A stretch of 35,481 nt of DNA from positions 1 through 35,481 of IMG/VR virus record IMGVR_UViG_3300012664_000280. One strand, written 5' to 3'. The translations under genes were made by a program, and so were the position numbers. The notes under the pieces are model-generated. The model saw nothing but the letters and a program-made list of their open reading frames with translations. It made no database searches and had not been told where the DNA came from. This stretch comes from a virus. Its lineage: Duplodnaviria; Caudoviricetes. Of the stretch, positions 33,173-35,481 are shown one piece after another; the first letter of the stretch is position 1, and each line of letters opens with the position of its first letter.

Positions 33173-35145
33173 TGGCAGCAGGCTCACTTGGATCATTAGT
33201 AGTTTCTCTTACTGCTGAAACAGCGCAATTTACTGCTGCTTTAGATAAGGCTTCCTATACTGCACAGAAGAACTTTAAAGATATTAGTTCTTTTGCTAAG
33301 ACAGCAGCAGGAAGCCTTGCTGCATTGTATGGCGCAACTTCTATAGTTGGCTTTGTAAAAACTCAAATTGATGCTGCTGATGCTACTGGCAAGATGGCTC
33401 AGAAGGTCGGCATCTCAGTTGAGGAATTATCTAAACTTCAATATGCTGCAAAGCTCGCTGATGTTGATACAGGACAGCTACAAGTTGGCTTAGTAAAACT
33501 CAGCAAAGGAATGGTTGAAGCTGCTAATGGCACAGGGCAAGCTCGCAATGCTTTATCTGCAATGGGCATCTCTGTTAAGAATACAGATGGCACTCTCAAA
33601 TCTAGTTCAGTAGTTCTTGGAGAGATCGCTGATAAATTCTCTACCTATGAGGATAGCGCTAATAAAACAGCTATTGCTACTCAGTTATTTGGCAAATCAG
33701 GTGCAGAGCTTATTCCTTTGCTTAATGCTGGATCTAAAGGAATTAAAGAATCTGCTGATGAGCTGGAAAGATTTGGCGCAGTTATTACTGAAAAGGCTGC
33801 TGCGCAAGCTGAAAGATTTAATGATAATTTAACTAGACTTTCTACAGTTGGATCTGTAGTTGGTAAGACTATTGCTAATGAGGTAATTCCTTATCTAAAC
33901 CAGTTGGCAGAAGAATTCCTAGTAGCTAGAGCTAATGGCATGGGCTTTATGGATATGCTTCAGATGGGCTTTAGAACTGGAGATTATAAAGAGCAGATTT
34001 CTAAGATTAATGAAGAAATCCAAAGCCTTCAAAATAATAAAATGAATGTCTTATTCCCTGAATCTGTTATCAAGAAAGATATACAGAATTTGGAAAGACA
34101 GCGCACAGTTTTAGAAACTTTGGTAGCAGCTAGAGAAAAGGCTATTAATCCGCCTAAAGCAGAAGAAAAGAAAACTACTGCTCCATTCTCTGTAGATTTA
34201 GAGAAGTCTAAGAAAGAGGCTGAGAATTTTGCTAAAGGACTTGGCAGGGCGCAAGATGCTAATACTAAGTTCAGCACTTCTATATCTGAGATGGCTGCTA
34301 AGGCTCAGGCTGATATTGCTGGCATCTTTATGAGTGATGCTCAGAAGAAACAGCAGCAAGATTTAATTGCTATCAATAAAGGCTTTTTAGATACTCAATC
34401 AGAGATTACTAAGCAATACACAGAAGGCAAGCTAACTCTGCAAGCATACAATGAGCAGATGCTTATCCTTGGCGGTCAATATGAGTTTGCTGCAGGGCAG
34501 GCTAATAGAATTTATGAGCAGCAAGAGCAATTAAATAGCTCTTATGAATATGGTGCTTCTATGGCTTTAGCTAAATATTCTAATGAATCTAGGAATCTAG
34601 CTAATCTTTCTAATGGAGTTGTAACCAATGCCCTTAGAGGTGTTGAAGATGGCTTATTCAATATGGTTAGCGGTAGCCAAAGCGCAGCTCAGGCATTTAG
34701 TTCAATGGTTACTTCTATTCTTGCTGATATTGCTAAATTACTAATTCGCCAATCTATAGTAGCGCCATTAGTAAATGCAATAGCAGGCGGAATCAGTTAT
34801 GGAGCTGGCAATATTGCTACGGCTGGTATGTATGGCACTAATATTGGATCTGAGCAAACAGCTATGCTACAGGCTCAAAATGCTGGTATGAGAGCTTTTG
34901 GCGGTCAAGTTAATGCAGGAAGCGCTTATCTAGTCGGTGAAAGAGGAATGGAAACTTTCATCCCTTCTACTGATGGAATGATTGTGCCTAATGGCGGATC
35001 TAATGCAGGCAATGTAGTTGTTAATGTCAATATGCAGAATGGTTCAGTAGATGCTCAGGATGGTAATAAGCTAGGCATTATGATCGGCAATGTAGTTAAA
35101 GCTGAATTGGTTAAACAGAAAAGAGCAGGCGGTATATTAGCATGA
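33172..35145 (+). CDS. Tail tape measure protein
   Basis: 657 aa, Ala-rich and helical; LGSLVVSLTAETAQF N-terminus; RAFGGQV...YLVGERGME. Confidence 0.93.
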   Translation: MAAGSLGSLVVSLTAETAQFTAALDKASYTAQKNFKDISSFAKTAAGSLAALYGATSIVGFVKTQIDAADATGKMAQKVGISVEELSKLQYAAKLADVDTGQLQVGLVKLSKGMVEAANGTGQARNALSAMGISVKNTDGTLKSSSVVLGEIADKFSTYEDSANKTAIATQLFGKSGAELIPLLNAGSKGIKESADELERFGAVITEKAAAQAERFNDNLTRLSTVGSVVGKTIANEVIPYLNQLAEEFLVARANGMGFMDMLQMGFRTGDYKEQISKINEEIQSLQNNKMNVLFPESVIKKDIQNLERQRTVLETLVAAREKAINPPKAEEKKTTAPFSVDLEKSKKEAENFAKGLGRAQDANTKFSTSISEMAAKAQADIAGIFMSDAQKKQQQDLIAINKGFLDTQSEITKQYTEGKLTLQAYNEQMLILGGQYEFAAGQANRIYEQQEQLNSSYEYGASMALAKYSNESRNLANLSNGVVTNALRGVEDGLFNMVSGSQSAAQAFSSMVTSILADIAKLLIRQSIVAPLVNAIAGGISYGAGNIATAGMYGTNIGSEQTAMLQAQNAGMRAFGGQVNAGSAYLVGERGMETFIPSTDGMIVPNGGSNAGNVVVNVNMQNGSVDAQDGNKLGIMIGNVVKAELVKQKRAGGILA

Positions 35146-35480
35146 CCACTTTTACTTATATTCCTTCTTATGGGGCTTCTTTAAAGAAAAAGCCTGCAGT
35201 TCTATCTGTCAAATTTGGTGATGGATATGAACAAAGGGCGCAATTTGGTATTAACCAAAACCCTAGGATTTGGAATCTTTCTTTTAATGGTAGAACTGGA
35301 ACTGAAGCAACTGCTATTGATTCATTCCTAACTACTCAGGCTGGAGTTACAAACTTTACTTGGACACCCCCTTTAGGGGCAGTTGGTAAATGGATTTGCA
35401 GAGATTGGGATGTTTCTATTGTAGAAATTGATTGCTACAATATTTCAGCTAGTTTTGAGGAAGTGTTTGATCTAGGATGA
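35142..35480 (+). CDS. M: Lambda-like minor tail protein M
   Basis: VKFGDGYEQR...GIN...FTWTPP...ISASFEEV. Confidence 0.92.
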   Translation: MTTFTYIPSYGASLKKKPAVLSVKFGDGYEQRAQFGINQNPRIWNLSFNGRTGTEATAIDSFLTTQAGVTNFTWTPPLGAVGKWICRDWDVSIVEIDCYNISASFEEVFDLG

Positions 35481-35481
35481 C
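35427..35481. repeat. Terminal direct repeat, right copy
   Basis: Identical to 1-55. Confidence 0.97.

Noticed and set aside
4042-34277. Numerous 60-110 aa antisense or alternate-frame ORFs in the track (e.g. 4042-4251, 11670-11942, 17948-18196, 20322-20585, 21863-22150, 27316-27657, 33617-33832)
   Set aside because: Shadows of well-supported genes or of the cos gap; no RBS, coupling or motifs
35427-35481. 55-bp terminal repeat as a biological direct terminal repeat
   Set aside because: It falls inside the M/L genes, its length equals a common assembler k-mer, and packaging genes point to cos ends near 20.5 kb
1-35481. Alternative genetic code or stop-codon reassignment
   Set aside because: Standard code gives dense, full-length genes ending in TAA, TGA and TAG

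Overview
The window is an apparently complete, circularly permuted genome (35,426 bp plus a 55-nt assembly overlap, 1-55 = 35427-35481) of an AT-rich siphovirus. It has an HK97-type head/packaging module (HNH, putative cos, terS, terL, portal, protease, major capsid) and a lambda-type tail (G/T frameshift, tape measure, M, L, K, I, J) followed by a chaperone-domain tail fibre. The lysis module has a holin, Rz with embedded Rz1, and a GH19 endolysin, so the host is Gram-negative; a proteobacterium is inferred. Divergent early operons carry Sak3-like SSAP, YqaJ exonuclease, SSB-like, Cro-like and resolvase-like genes. I found no integrase, CI repressor, helicase, primase, polymerase, tRNA or CRISPR. 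Most notable: (1) four translationally coupled genes (three glycosyltransferase-like, one SAM methyltransferase) inserted between the head-tail adaptor and head-closure genes, a candidate virion-glycosylation system; (2) a ~350-nt non-coding, G-U-rich structured region with c4/CI-antisense-RNA-like architecture followed by a hairpin chain; (3) a reverse-oriented Ntn-protease plus metallophosphoesterase pair; (4) two paralogous stand-alone sigma-70-region-4-like micro-proteins; (5) extra genes and domains around the portal and protease; (6) strong ACG/CGT and palindrome avoidance, broken in the tail-fibre module. All family calls are by motif recognition and synteny, without database searches.
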